Assembly (NCBI GenBank): GCA_902802905.1
Contig: CADCNT010000003.1
Location: 24,354 to 88,353, forward strand
Length of the DNA stretch: 64,000 nt
Direction: 5' to 3'
Origin: an uncultured Erysipelotrichaceae bacterium
GTDB lineage: Bacteria; Bacillota_I; Bacilli_A; RFN20; CAG-826
The position numbers were made by a program, and so were the translations under genes. Below the pieces are notes generated by a model. That model was not told where the DNA came from, searched no databases, and saw only the letters and a list, made by a program, of their open reading frames with translations. Shown in pieces: positions 35,041 through 44,061 of the stretch (position 1 is its first letter; every line of letters begins with the position of its first letter).

Positions 35041-36975
35041 TTACTTCGCCTCCTTTAAGAATGTATCCACAGTGTTGAAATCAACATTTTCTTCAACCCA
35101 TTTTCTTCTTAAGCTGGCATCTTTGCCCATTAAAACGTTAACACGTTTTTCTACTAAGAATGGGTCGTTGATATCAACTTGAATTAAGAATCTTGTTTTT
35201 GGATCCATGGTTGTTTCTTTAAGCTGAATTGCATCCATTTCACCAAGACCTTTGTATCGATTAATTTTTGGGCTTCCACCGACTTTTTTCTTTGCTTCTT
35301 GTAAGCCAGCGTCATCCCAAGCATATTCTTGGATGAGCTTTTTGCCATCTTCTCTATATATTCTATATAGAGGCGGGACAGCAATATAAACATGCCCGGT
35401 GGTAATAAGGGTTCTCATGTAGTGATAGAAGAAAGTGAGTAAAAGAGTTTGAATGTGAGCACCATCGGTATCAGCATCGGTCATGATGATGATTTTTCCA
35501 TAATGGATGTCATTGATATCAAATGTTTGTCCAAATCCAGCACCAATTGTGTTGATGATGGTTGCAATTTCTTCATTATGCACTAATTTATCAAGTGAGA
35601 TTGAATCTGTGTTTAGTGGTTTACCACGTAGTGGTAGAATCGCTTGATGGATTCTATCTCTGCCTTTTTTAGCAGTACCACCAGCGGAATCACCTTCGAC
35701 GATAAATAGTTCGTTTTTGAGATAGTCTTTTGATTGAGCTGGAGTCAATTTGTCGGAAAGGATAACCTCTTGTTTAGCTTTTTTACTACTTCTAGCTTCA
35801 TCTTTTGCTTTTCTTGCAGCAATACGAGCTTGTTGAGAATCCATGCACTTCTTTATGATGCGCATGGCGTTTTCTTTGTTTTCAGTTAGATAATAAGTAA
35901 ACTTATTATAGATTAAATTTGAAACGACAGGAGCAGCGGCAGGTGTACCTAATTTGCCCTTTGTTTGTCCTTCAAATTCCAAAAGCTCTTCTGGGATCTT
36001 AAGTGAGATGATTGCAGTTAAACCTTCACGGATATCGCTTCCTTCAAGTTTTTTGCCTTTCAGAAGACCTTGGGCTTCTGCGAAATCGTTAACAGCACGG
36101 GTAATACCGGTTCTAAATCCAGATTCATGGGTTCCACCATCACCTGTTTTGACGTTGTTAACATAGGAGTAAATGGTTTCGTTATAGTCTTCATAGCAAT
36201 ATTGAAGTGCGATTTCAGTTTCAATTTGTGTTGAAGGATCGACTTCATCAAATTCCACTACAGGGATAATCTCTTTTTTGTCTTCGTTAAGAATTGTGAC
36301 GTATTCAACTAAGCCATTTTGATAGAAAAATTCTTGTTTTTCATTGATTCTTTCATCAATGATGATGAAACGAACCCCTTTCATCAAGAATGCAGATTCT
36401 CTAAGGTGACTGGAGATTGTGTCGTATTTAAATTCCACGGTAGAGAAAATGAGTGGATCAGGTTTAAAACGAACAAGGGTACCGTGTTTTTTAGTTTCTC
36501 CAACTCTTTCAAGTGGAGTAACTAAGTGACCACCATTTTCAAATCTGAGGTGATAGATTCCACCATTTTGATAAACGGTAACATCGCACCATTCAGAAAG
36601 AGCATTGGTTACAGAAGCACCAACACCATGAAGACCACCAGCACTCTTATAGACTGCTGAATTGAACTTTCCGCCAGCATGTAATTCGGTAAAAACGATT
36701 TCCACACCAGGTCTACCTGTTTCTTTATTTATACCGACAGGAATACCACGTCCTTCATCTAAAACAGAGCAGCTTCCGTCTTTGTGCAGAGTGACAGTTA
36801 TGTTTTTTCCATAGCCAGAAAGAGCCTCATCGACCGCGTTGTCAACTACCTCCCAAACGAGGTGATGCAAACCGCTGGCGTTAGAGCTACCAATGTACAT
36901 AGCTGGTCTTTTTCTAACACCCTCGAGGCCTTGCAAAATTTGGATATCATTTGCTGTATATTGTCTCTCTGCCAT
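35041..36975 (-). CDS. parE: DNA topoisomerase IV subunit B
   Basis: GHKL ATPase N-terminus (GLHHLVWEVVDNAVDE) and TOPRIM EGDSAGG, PLRGKPLN. It lies immediately upstream of parC. Confidence 0.8.
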   Translation of the reverse strand: MAERQYTANDIQILQGLEGVRKRPAMYIGSSNASGLHHLVWEVVDNAVDEALSGYGKNITVTLHKDGSCSVLDEGRGIPVGINKETGRPGVEIVFTELHAGGKFNSAVYKSAGGLHGVGASVTNALSEWCDVTVYQNGGIYHLRFENGGHLVTPLERVGETKKHGTLVRFKPDPLIFSTVEFKYDTISSHLRESAFLMKGVRFIIIDERINEKQEFFYQNGLVEYVTILNEDKKEIIPVVEFDEVDPSTQIETEIALQYCYEDYNETIYSYVNNVKTGDGGTHESGFRTGITRAVNDFAEAQGLLKGKKLEGSDIREGLTAIISLKIPEELLEFEGQTKGKLGTPAAAPVVSNLIYNKFTYYLTENKENAMRIIKKCMDSQQARIAARKAKDEARSSKKAKQEVILSDKLTPAQSKDYLKNELFIVEGDSAGGTAKKGRDRIHQAILPLRGKPLNTDSISLDKLVHNEEIATIINTIGAGFGQTFDINDIHYGKIIIMTDADTDGAHIQTLLLTFFYHYMRTLITTGHVYIAVPPLYRIYREDGKKLIQEYAWDDAGLQEAKKKVGGSPKINRYKGLGEMDAIQLKETTMDPKTRFLIQVDINDPFLVEKRVNVLMGKDASLRRKWVEENVDFNTVDTFLKEAK

Positions 36976-37060
36976 ACTATATTTACCTTTTCGGCGTTTA
37001 TTATAAACGGAAATTGTTGCAAAATTAAAGTTATTTAGTAAAATAAAATGCAGGTCAAAA

Positions 37061-37825
37061 ATGGATATTATTTTATATAATATATTGGTTGCAATTAGTG
37101 TCGTAATAATTGGGTATGTCTTCGGATCAATCCCAAATGGTATTTGGATTGGAAAGATATTTTTTCACAAGGATCCTCGCGATTTTGGTTCGGGAAATCC
37201 AGGTGGGACAAATGTTGGAAGACTATTTGGAAAAAAGATTGGTGTTTTAGTCATTTTTCTTGATGGATTAAAGGTGGCTGCCCCGCTTTATGCTTGTTGG
37301 GCAATCTTAACTTTTGTGCCAATGAGAAATGGTTTACCACTCATGCCAACAGTTCAAATCAAGTATTATGGCGATCCTTCAATGTACACAATTCAATGGC
37401 CAGTTTACTTTTTGACACTTGTCGGATGTAGCTTTGGACATTGCTGGCCTATATTTTCTGGGTTTAAAGGCGGTAAAAATGTCTCTTCGTTCATGGGATT
37501 TATTTGTTTTGCTTCTTGGCTATTAGGATTTATCCCAGCATTTTTATATCTCGCACTCTTGAAATGGAAAAAGATGGTCTCGTTAGCAGGAATTGCCATC
37601 AGTTGGATTATTTCTCTTATTTCCTGGATTTGGGCAATCCTAATGCTTACCGGTGTAATTCAAGGTTGGGTTAACTGGTTACCATCTTATGGACCATTAT
37701 TTGATTATGGATATGTCTATGCATCAGTAGTCACTTTTGCCGCTGCAATTTTAACCATCAGACATCACGAAAACATCAAACGAATAAAGGCAGGTACGGA
37801 AAGAAAAATTACATGGATGAAATAA
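37061..37825 (+). CDS. plsY: Glycerol-3-phosphate acyltransferase PlsY (with internal insertion)
   Basis: GSGNPGGTNVGR motif and multiple TM helices. At 254 aa it is longer than the usual ~200 aa. Confidence 0.8.
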   Translation: MDIILYNILVAISVVIIGYVFGSIPNGIWIGKIFFHKDPRDFGSGNPGGTNVGRLFGKKIGVLVIFLDGLKVAAPLYACWAILTFVPMRNGLPLMPTVQIKYYGDPSMYTIQWPVYFLTLVGCSFGHCWPIFSGFKGGKNVSSFMGFICFASWLLGFIPAFLYLALLKWKKMVSLAGIAISWIISLISWIWAILMLTGVIQGWVNWLPSYGPLFDYGYVYASVVTFAAAILTIRHHENIKRIKAGTERKITWMK

Positions 37826-37828
37826 TCC

Positions 37829-37857
37829 ATTAGTAATAAATTAGTAGAAAATTAGTA
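37829..37857 (+). repeat. Phased heptamer array (3 x ATTAGTA, 11-bp period)
   Basis: ATTAGTA at 37829, 37840 and 37851, starting 3 nt after the plsY stop and upstream of the plsY terminator. Confidence 0.9.
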
Positions 37858-37882
37858 ATTGATACTAGTTGTGAATTGAATT

Positions 37883-37913
37883 ATCCACATACGAGTGAAA
37901 TGTGGATTTTTTT
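37883..37913 (+). terminator. Rho-independent terminator of plsY
   Basis: ATCCACAT-ACGAGTGAA-ATGTGGAT followed by TTTTTT. Confidence 0.8.
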
Positions 37914-37997
37914 ATGATTGTATCAAATGTTTTTAATTGACTTTACAATCAATTTAAGACTCAAATAAGTAAAAGCACTACTTTTACTATAATTGTA

Positions 37998-38032
37998 ATA
38001 AAAAACGCCACAATCGTTTGATTTGTGACGTT
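37998..38032 (-). terminator. Rho-independent terminator of the efp-yneF transcription unit
   Basis: Minus strand: AACGTCACAA-ATCAAACGA-TTGTGGCGTT followed by TTTTTTATT. Confidence 0.75.
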
Positions 38033-38053
38033 ATTTGTTAACCTATAAGACTG

Positions 38054-38275
38054 TTATTTTTGTTGTCTTCTAACAGCAGCCATTGTACGTTGAATATCGG
38101 CTTCAGAAGGCTTTCTTCCAACACTTTGATACAAGGCTCTGATCATGCCTTCATTGATTGGAGGATTCTTTTCGAGTTGTCTCTTGAAGAACCATCTGGC
38201 TCCAAAGAAACCGACAATTAGTCCAACCACTAATGCTGCGATTGCGATACCAACAACTGCACCTGTAGCTAACAT
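38054..38275 (-). CDS. yneF: UPF0154 small membrane protein (YneF family)
   Basis: N-terminal TM helix followed by RQLEKNPPINEGMIRALYQSVGRKPSEADI, the conserved YneF signature. Confidence 0.8.
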   Translation of the reverse strand: MLATGAVVGIAIAALVVGLIVGFFGARWFFKRQLEKNPPINEGMIRALYQSVGRKPSEADIQRTMAAVRRQQK

Positions 38276-38285
38276 TTTCTACCTC

Positions 38286-38843
38286 CTAGGCTCTTCCATC
38301 GTAGTCGCCGTTGTCGGTTCTAACTAAGATGACTTCGCCTTCTTCAATGAATAATGGGACACGGACTTTTAGTCCGGTTTCTAATTCAGCGTCTTTCATT
38401 GCTTTGTTAACTGTATCACCTCTAATGGCTGGCTCACAGTGTGTAATCTTTAAAGCAACCTTGGCTGGTAAGTTGATACCGATGACTTCGCCTTCGTAGC
38501 TTGTGATTTCAACAATTTCTTCGCCCTTCAAGAATTGAACTTCCCATTTTAATCTATCTTTTGAGATTTCAATTTGTTCATATGTTTCTTGATCCATGAA
38601 GCAAAGAGCATCACCAGTATCATAAAGATACTGCATTTGGCGTTTTTCTAATCTGATAGTTTCGATTGCGTATCCACTATTACGGGCCATTTCTGTAATA
38701 GCACCAGTACGTAAGTTCTTAGCTTTGACTTTAGCAACCATTTTTCTCATCGCGGTTTTATTTAACAAGATATCTAAAACTTGGTAGATATTACCCTCTT
38801 CGATGAAATAGTTTCCTGGTCTTAATTCAGTAACATTAACCAT
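38286..38843 (-). CDS. efp: Translation elongation factor P
   Basis: MVNVTELRPGNYFIEEGNIYQVLD; 185 aa; three OB-like domains. Confidence 0.95.
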   Translation of the reverse strand: MVNVTELRPGNYFIEEGNIYQVLDILLNKTAMRKMVAKVKAKNLRTGAITEMARNSGYAIETIRLEKRQMQYLYDTGDALCFMDQETYEQIEISKDRLKWEVQFLKGEEIVEITSYEGEVIGINLPAKVALKITHCEPAIRGDTVNKAMKDAELETGLKVRVPLFIEEGEVILVRTDNGDYDGRA

Positions 38844-38889
38844 ATTTATAATCCTTTCTTTAAATGTTCTTTGGTATTATACCAAATTA

Positions 38890-39525
38890 TTAAAATATTA
38901 AAAAGTTATTTAGCAATAGCTCACTTTCCAGGACAGTGTTAGGACCATGACCTGGGTAGATTTTTGTTTCTTTTGGCAAACTTTTGATTTTGTTTAAAGA
39001 AACGCGAGTTTGACTTGGATCTGCATGTGGTAAATCATCTCTGCCAATTGATTGTTTGAACAGTGTATCGCCACTAAATAGCAATTTATTATTTATAAAA
39101 TAATAGCATGTGCTTCCTTTTGTGTGGAAAGGAGTGTGGATTATCTTAATCTTATCTTCGCTAAGTAAATCGAGGACCTGCCCATCATCTAAAGCAATCA
39201 CTTCTGCATCTAATTGAAATGTGGCACCCAGCTGATGCGAAAGGTTTAATTTGGAATTATAGAGCATATCTTCGTCTAATCTATTAATATAAACAGGAAC
39301 TTTATATAGTTTTGTAATTCTATTGATTCCCCCTATATGATCGTAGTGCCCATGCGTGAGCAAAATAGCGCATGGTGTGAGATTGTTCTTGCTAAGATAA
39401 TTGACAATGCCATAATCATCTTTGCCTGGATCAACCACCACGCATTTTCCACTAGTTTCGCTTATCACGTACGTATTAGAAACTAGTTCATCGATACTAT
39501 TATAGTTAAATTTTTCAACATGCAT
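38890..39525 (-). CDS. Metallo-beta-lactamase fold hydrolase
   Basis: LLTHGHYDHIGG zinc-binding motif; 211 aa. Confidence 0.8.
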   Translation of the reverse strand: MHVEKFNYNSIDELVSNTYVISETSGKCVVVDPGKDDYGIVNYLSKNNLTPCAILLTHGHYDHIGGINRITKLYKVPVYINRLDEDMLYNSKLNLSHQLGATFQLDAEVIALDDGQVLDLLSEDKIKIIHTPFHTKGSTCYYFINNKLLFSGDTLFKQSIGRDDLPHADPSQTRVSLNKIKSLPKETKIYPGHGPNTVLESELLLNNFLIF

Positions 39526-39554
39526 ATTTTTATAAAATAAAAATAGGTTTTACC

Positions 39555-39722
39555 CTATTTCTTTTTCTCTTTGTGGAGAGTTTTCTTTTGACAGCGTGGG
39601 CAATATTTTAATTTTTCCAAACGATCTGGATTGCTTTTTTTATTTTTGGAAGTGAGATAATTCTCTTCACCACACTCTGTGCATTTTAATGTAATTGAGA
39701 TTCTGTCTTCTTTTTTTGCCAT
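39555..39722 (-). CDS. rpmG: 50S ribosomal protein bL33 (zinc-ribbon form)
   Basis: [22 protein letters not shown]...[19 protein letters not shown] lies upstream of ATG 39722, so the track start 39758 is rejected. Confidence 0.9.
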   Translation of the reverse strand: MAKKEDRISITLKCTECGEENYLTSKNKKSNPDRLEKLKYCPRCQKKTLHKEKKK

Positions 39723-39817
39723 AACTAATTCTCCTGAATTGCTATGATATGTTACCATAATGTCAAAAATAATAAAAGTATATTTTTATTAGTTCTAATG
39801 TTAGAATAACAAGCGAA

Positions 39818-40867
39818 ATGAAAAGAACAGAAACTAGACAAGTTAAAATCGGTAATTTGTTGATTGGCGGACAAAACAAAGTTGTCATTCAATCGATGTG
39901 CAACATCAAAACAGAGAATTTTCTCGCTGTAAGCGAGCAGATTAATGAATGTGCAAAGATGGGTGCTGAACTCATGCGTGTTTCTGTGATGGATGAAAAA
40001 GACGCTGCCGCCATAAAAGAAATTAAAAAAAGAATATCAATTCCACTAGTGGCTGATATTCATTTTGATTACCGTTTGGCATTATTAGCCATGGAAAACG
40101 GCGTTGATAAAATTAGAATCAATCCTGGAAACATTGGCGATATCGAAAATGTTAAAAAAGTTGTCGATATGGCTAAATCCAAACATATTCCAATTAGAAT
40201 TGGCGTTAACTCAGGATCATTAGATAAAACAATCCACGATTATTCCAGTCAATATACAGCAGAAAAGTTAGTAGCTTCTGCTAAAAAGCACGTTGAGATT
40301 CTTGAGAATCTTGGCTTTTATGACATAGTCATATCTTTAAAAGGTTCAAATATTTTAGAAACCATTGCGGCTTATGAGCTCGCATCAAAAACATTTAAAT
40401 ATCCACTTCATTTAGGAATAACTGAGGCTGGGTTTAAAGAAATATCAATGGTCAGGAGTTCTGCTGGATTAGCCCCTCTTCTTTTAGAAGGAATTGGTGA
40501 TACAATCCGTATTTCCATCTCTGGAGATCCAAAAGATGAAATTCGTGTGTGTAAATTATTGCTCCATGATTGTGGTTTGTATCCTAATTATCCAACTTTA
40601 GTTGCCTGCCCAACTTGTGGAAGAACTCAAGTCAATGTCGAAGAGCTTGCTAGAAAAGTCATGACTTATCTAGAAACAATCAATAAGCCAATTCATGTTG
40701 CTGTCATGGGATGTGTAGTTAACGGACCAGGTGAAGCTAAAAACGCAGACATTGGCATCGCCGGCGGGCATCATGAATATGTTATCTTTAAAAAAGATAA
40801 AGTTATTAAAAAAGTCCCAGAAGCAGAAGCTTTCGAGACTTTAGTTGAAGAGATTAATAAATTCTAA
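39818..40867 (+). CDS. ispG: 4-hydroxy-3-methylbut-2-en-1-yl diphosphate synthase (MEP pathway)
   Basis: RQVKIGNLLIGGQNKVVIQSMCN N-terminus and C-terminal Fe-S cysteines (CPTCGR ... GCVVNGPGE). Confidence 0.92.
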   Translation: MKRTETRQVKIGNLLIGGQNKVVIQSMCNIKTENFLAVSEQINECAKMGAELMRVSVMDEKDAAAIKEIKKRISIPLVADIHFDYRLALLAMENGVDKIRINPGNIGDIENVKKVVDMAKSKHIPIRIGVNSGSLDKTIHDYSSQYTAEKLVASAKKHVEILENLGFYDIVISLKGSNILETIAAYELASKTFKYPLHLGITEAGFKEISMVRSSAGLAPLLLEGIGDTIRISISGDPKDEIRVCKLLLHDCGLYPNYPTLVACPTCGRTQVNVEELARKVMTYLETINKPIHVAVMGCVVNGPGEAKNADIGIAGGHHEYVIFKKDKVIKKVPEAEAFETLVEEINKF

Positions 40868-41745
40868 TCACGCCAATTATCAACGTATTTACCGCTCCTT
40901 AGCATTTCAATTTCTTGCTTATAAGGAGCTTTTTCATTGTAATAAGGTGTTTCAAGAATCATCGGAATTCCTTTTAATAATGGATGATGAACCACATCAT
41001 AGAGAGTTTTAAAGCCTAAATAACCATAGCCAATGTTTTCATGGCGATCTTTATGAGCACCAATTGGGTTCTTAGTGTCGTTGACATGGACCACTAATAA
41101 TCTAGACAAGCCAATCACATCATCAAATTCTTTCAAGACTTTATTAAAGTCTTTGACATCATAGCCAGCGTCAGAGATGTGACATGTATCCAAACATACT
41201 CCCAATCTGTGTTTGTTCTTGCAGTGGTCAATAATCGACGCAATCTCTTGAAAAGAGATGCCAATTTCATGACCTTTTCCTGCCATTGTTTCAAGAGCAA
41301 TCTTAACATTGGTACCATCACATGCCAATGCAACATCTAGTGCCTTTGCTAAAGCAATGATGCCATTCTCTGCACCCATACCAACATGGCTTCCTGGATG
41401 AAGAACGAGGATTTGTGCGCCAAAGCCAGCAGTTCTTTTTAGTTCACTAACAATTGTGTTTATGGACATTTCATACAAATCTGGTCTTGTGTAATTTGCA
41501 GCATTGATAATGTAAGGAGCATGAACAATTAGTTTGCTTTCATCAAATCCAGCTTCTAGTAGAAGCTTTCTCCCCTCTTGAATCTTTAATTCGGAAAGAG
41601 GTTTTCTAAAAGAGTTTTGTGGTGCACCAGTATAGAACATGAACGTGTTAGAGCCATAAGATATAGCTTCTTTAACACTTCCTAAATAAAAGTCAGGAGC
41701 GTTCATGCTGACATGACTACCTAAATATATCCCATCGTTTTTCAT
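40864..41745 (-). CDS. nfo: Endonuclease IV
   Basis: YLGSHVS, HAPYIIN and HxND motifs of the TIM-barrel AP endonuclease. The start is set at MKNDGIYLG (ATG 41745), which has an AGAGGA SD. Confidence 0.9.
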   Translation of the reverse strand: MKNDGIYLGSHVSMNAPDFYLGSVKEAISYGSNTFMFYTGAPQNSFRKPLSELKIQEGRKLLLEAGFDESKLIVHAPYIINAANYTRPDLYEMSINTIVSELKRTAGFGAQILVLHPGSHVGMGAENGIIALAKALDVALACDGTNVKIALETMAGKGHEIGISFQEIASIIDHCKNKHRLGVCLDTCHISDAGYDVKDFNKVLKEFDDVIGLSRLLVVHVNDTKNPIGAHKDRHENIGYGYLGFKTLYDVVHHPLLKGIPMILETPYYNEKAPYKQEIEMLRSGKYVDNWRD

Positions 41746-41781
41746 ATTTTGATATCCTCTTGAATATGTTAACATATTTTT

Positions 41782-42645
41782 ATGCACGTAAGTCTAATAA
41801 AACCTCAAGGATTTTGTTCCGGAGTAACAAAAGCAGTATCAATTGCTAAGCAAGCAAAGAAAGAACACCCAAACGAGAATGTCTATATTTTAGGTATGCT
41901 TGCGCATAATCAAACATTGATTGACGATTTAACTAAAGAAGGACTTATCACATTAAGTGATGAGAATGAAATTAAAGCGTTAGAAAAGTTACAAAAAGGT
42001 GATGTTGTTATTTTTACCGCGCATGGACACAGTGAAAAGGTAGAGCAGAAAGCAAAAGATTTAGGCTTAATTATATACGATGCAACATGCTTTAAAGTGA
42101 AAAGCAATCTCGAGAAGATTAAAGAAGAAATCAACGCTGGACATCAAGTGATTTACATCGGACAAAAGGGTCACAAAGAAACAAATGCAGCGTTATCAGT
42201 TTCAAACAATGTATCATTATATGATACAAAACTACTAATAAACTACTATTTAATTACTGATAAAAATCCTTATGTTATAAACCAAACAACCCTTAATTTT
42301 CAAGAATTAAATAAGCTTCACGAAGATATTTTGAGTCATATTCCAGGTGCTAGAATCGAAAATGAGATATGCGCCGCCACAAGATTAAGACAAGAAGCTG
42401 TCGGCAAAATTGAACGCGATACTGATTTAATCATTATTGTTGGTCATCAAAAATCAAGTAACTCAAATAGATTATTTGAAATTGCGAGCAATCTTTTCCA
42501 TAACGCCACAGTCATTATGGTTAACGATTTAGATGAATTAAAGAAGCATGACATTGAAGCAAAGAAAAAAGCCGCTGTTGTTTCAGGGGCTTCTACTCCA
42601 CAATACGTGGTTGATGAAATATATAAATATTTGCTTAGCAAATAA
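41782..42645 (+). CDS. ispH: 4-hydroxy-3-methylbut-2-enyl diphosphate reductase (MEP pathway)
   Basis: PQGFCSGV, INQTTL and SSNSNRL motifs of IspH/LytB. Confidence 0.92.
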   Translation: MHVSLIKPQGFCSGVTKAVSIAKQAKKEHPNENVYILGMLAHNQTLIDDLTKEGLITLSDENEIKALEKLQKGDVVIFTAHGHSEKVEQKAKDLGLIIYDATCFKVKSNLEKIKEEINAGHQVIYIGQKGHKETNAALSVSNNVSLYDTKLLINYYLITDKNPYVINQTTLNFQELNKLHEDILSHIPGARIENEICAATRLRQEAVGKIERDTDLIIIVGHQKSSNSNRLFEIASNLFHNATVIMVNDLDELKKHDIEAKKKAAVVSGASTPQYVVDEIYKYLLSK

Positions 42646-43405
42646 CCTTTGGCATTTTTTCGTGATCAACGGTTACAATCTCTAAATCGCTATCTAATTC
42701 AAGTAGCAACTTCTTCATGGTCGGCATGAAGATTTTTTCTACTTCATGAGGAACATCTAAGTAATTGTATTTGCTATCAACAATATCCCTTCTAACGTGA
42801 TGTGGAACATCACCTGAGATAAAAATATCATATCCAGCATCTTTAGCAATAATGAAGTTCCCAGATCCTGCTCCACCAATAATAGCAGCAGATTCAACTA
42901 CTGGCTTGCCGTATGCAGTTAATAATGCATAATCAACGCCGAGAGTTTTCTTGGCGTATTCTGCAAACTCTTTAACTTCCATAGGCTTTTTAAGCCTACC
43001 ACCACGCATCATAATATTTGCTTCAACGATTTTGATATCTTCTAGGCCAAGCGCTTCTGCTAATGCATCATTCATTCCGCCACATCCTGTATCAAAGTTT
43101 GTGTGCATACTATAAACAGGAATATTTAAAGATTCTAGTTTCTCCGAAAGTGCTTTTTTGCTTGGATAACGCTTGAATACAAAACTTTTAGTTCCGTAAA
43201 TAAATGGGTGATGTGTTAAAACTAAATCTGGTTTAGCTTTTTCTATTTCTGGAAAAACCTCCCAGTCGCAATCGAGGCACAAGAAAATCTTGTGAACTTC
43301 TTCAGGCAACTTGCCACACATCAAACCAACATAGTCGTGATTCATCTTTGCGTATCGCTTAGGGAATCTATTTGCGAGTTTTCTCAAAAGAATTTTGGTT
43401 TTCAT
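42635..43405 (-). CDS. yqfO: Nif3-family dinuclear metal center protein (YqfO)
   Basis: LTHHPFIY motif; 256 aa. It follows trmK downstream of rpoD, as in Bacillus. Confidence 0.8.
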   Translation of the reverse strand: MKTKILLRKLANRFPKRYAKMNHDYVGLMCGKLPEEVHKIFLCLDCDWEVFPEIEKAKPDLVLTHHPFIYGTKSFVFKRYPSKKALSEKLESLNIPVYSMHTNFDTGCGGMNDALAEALGLEDIKIVEANIMMRGGRLKKPMEVKEFAEYAKKTLGVDYALLTAYGKPVVESAAIIGGAGSGNFIIAKDAGYDIFISGDVPHHVRRDIVDSKYNYLDVPHEVEKIFMPTMKKLLLELDSDLEIVTVDHEKMPKVIC

Positions 43406-44061
43406 AAAACTTTAATGATCCTTTCTTTCTCGTTATTAAGTGTTGCAATTCTCTCTGGAGAAAGTTTTTCTTTTGATAATAAATTATCAATTTCTTCGAT
43501 TCTTGTTTTATATTTTGCTTTAAAGGTTAGCGACTTCTCGCTTCTTAAAACTGGGCCAAATTCATAATCAGGATCATCAAGATACGCACATTCACCAGTA
43601 ATGAACTTGATTATTTCATAATATTTGCCAGCATCATTAACAATGTCTTCATCTGCAATAATGTACCCCATCTTGCAAACTTGTTTACGCAATTCAGGAA
43701 TAGCGTTATGTGCATCGACGATTATTGTTCTAACATTCTTTAACTTTTGAGGATGAGCTTTTAAAATTTCAACTATGTTGAATCCGCCCATTCCCGCAAT
43801 GATTACTGTATCAACATCACTAGGAAGTTCGCTTATGCCATCAGAAAGCATTGGGATAACATTATCCGCAACACCAGCTTCTTGTATGGCTTTTTCTAAT
43901 CTAGAAAACGGTCCTTTTTTATTCTCAATTGCATATCCTTTAGTGATTACACCATTTTGAAATAAGGAAATTATTAATTTCCCATGGTCACTACCAACAT
44001 CGGCAGCGACGCCAGTAGGAACCATATCATAAATGGCTTGTAATCTCTTGGATAATTTCAT
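43402..44061 (-). CDS. trmK: tRNA (adenine22-N1)-methyltransferase TrmK
   Basis: ADVGSDHGKL SAM-binding motif. It follows rpoD with a TAATG overlap. Confidence 0.8.
   Translation of the reverse strand: MKLSKRLQAIYDMVPTGVAADVGSDHGKLIISLFQNGVITKGYAIENKKGPFSRLEKAIQEAGVADNVIPMLSDGISELPSDVDTVIIAGMGGFNIVEILKAHPQKLKNVRTIIVDAHNAIPELRKQVCKMGYIIADEDIVNDAGKYYEIIKFITGECAYLDDPDYEFGPVLRSEKSLTFKAKYKTRIEEIDNLLSKEKLSPERIATLNNEKERIIKVL

Noticed and set aside
32415-36975. Alternative call of this pair as DNA gyrase (gyrB-gyrA).
   Set aside because: I saw no GyrA-box motif in the C-terminal domain of the A subunit. The B-then-A pair is divergent from plsY exactly as parE-parC is in Bacillus and Staphylococcus. 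Gyrase genes are normally near dnaA/recF. Only a phylogeny would settle this, so confidence is kept at 0.8.
37917-37997. Possible small RNA gene between the plsY and yneF terminators, based on hairpins GATTGTA...TACAATC and AGTAAAAG-CACTA-CTTTTACT.
   Set aside because: There is no convincing promoter on either strand, and the stems are AT-rich and weak. Without expression or conservation data this cannot be supported.
42233-42261. A fourth-type heptamer array inside ispH: TACTAAT, TACTATT and TACTGAT at 11-bp spacing.
   Set aside because: It lies in-frame within a normally aligned part of IspH (KLLINYYLITDK, upstream of the conserved NQTTL). Only TACT is shared by all three units. It is probably a coincidence of Leu/Tyr codons in AT-rich coding sequence.
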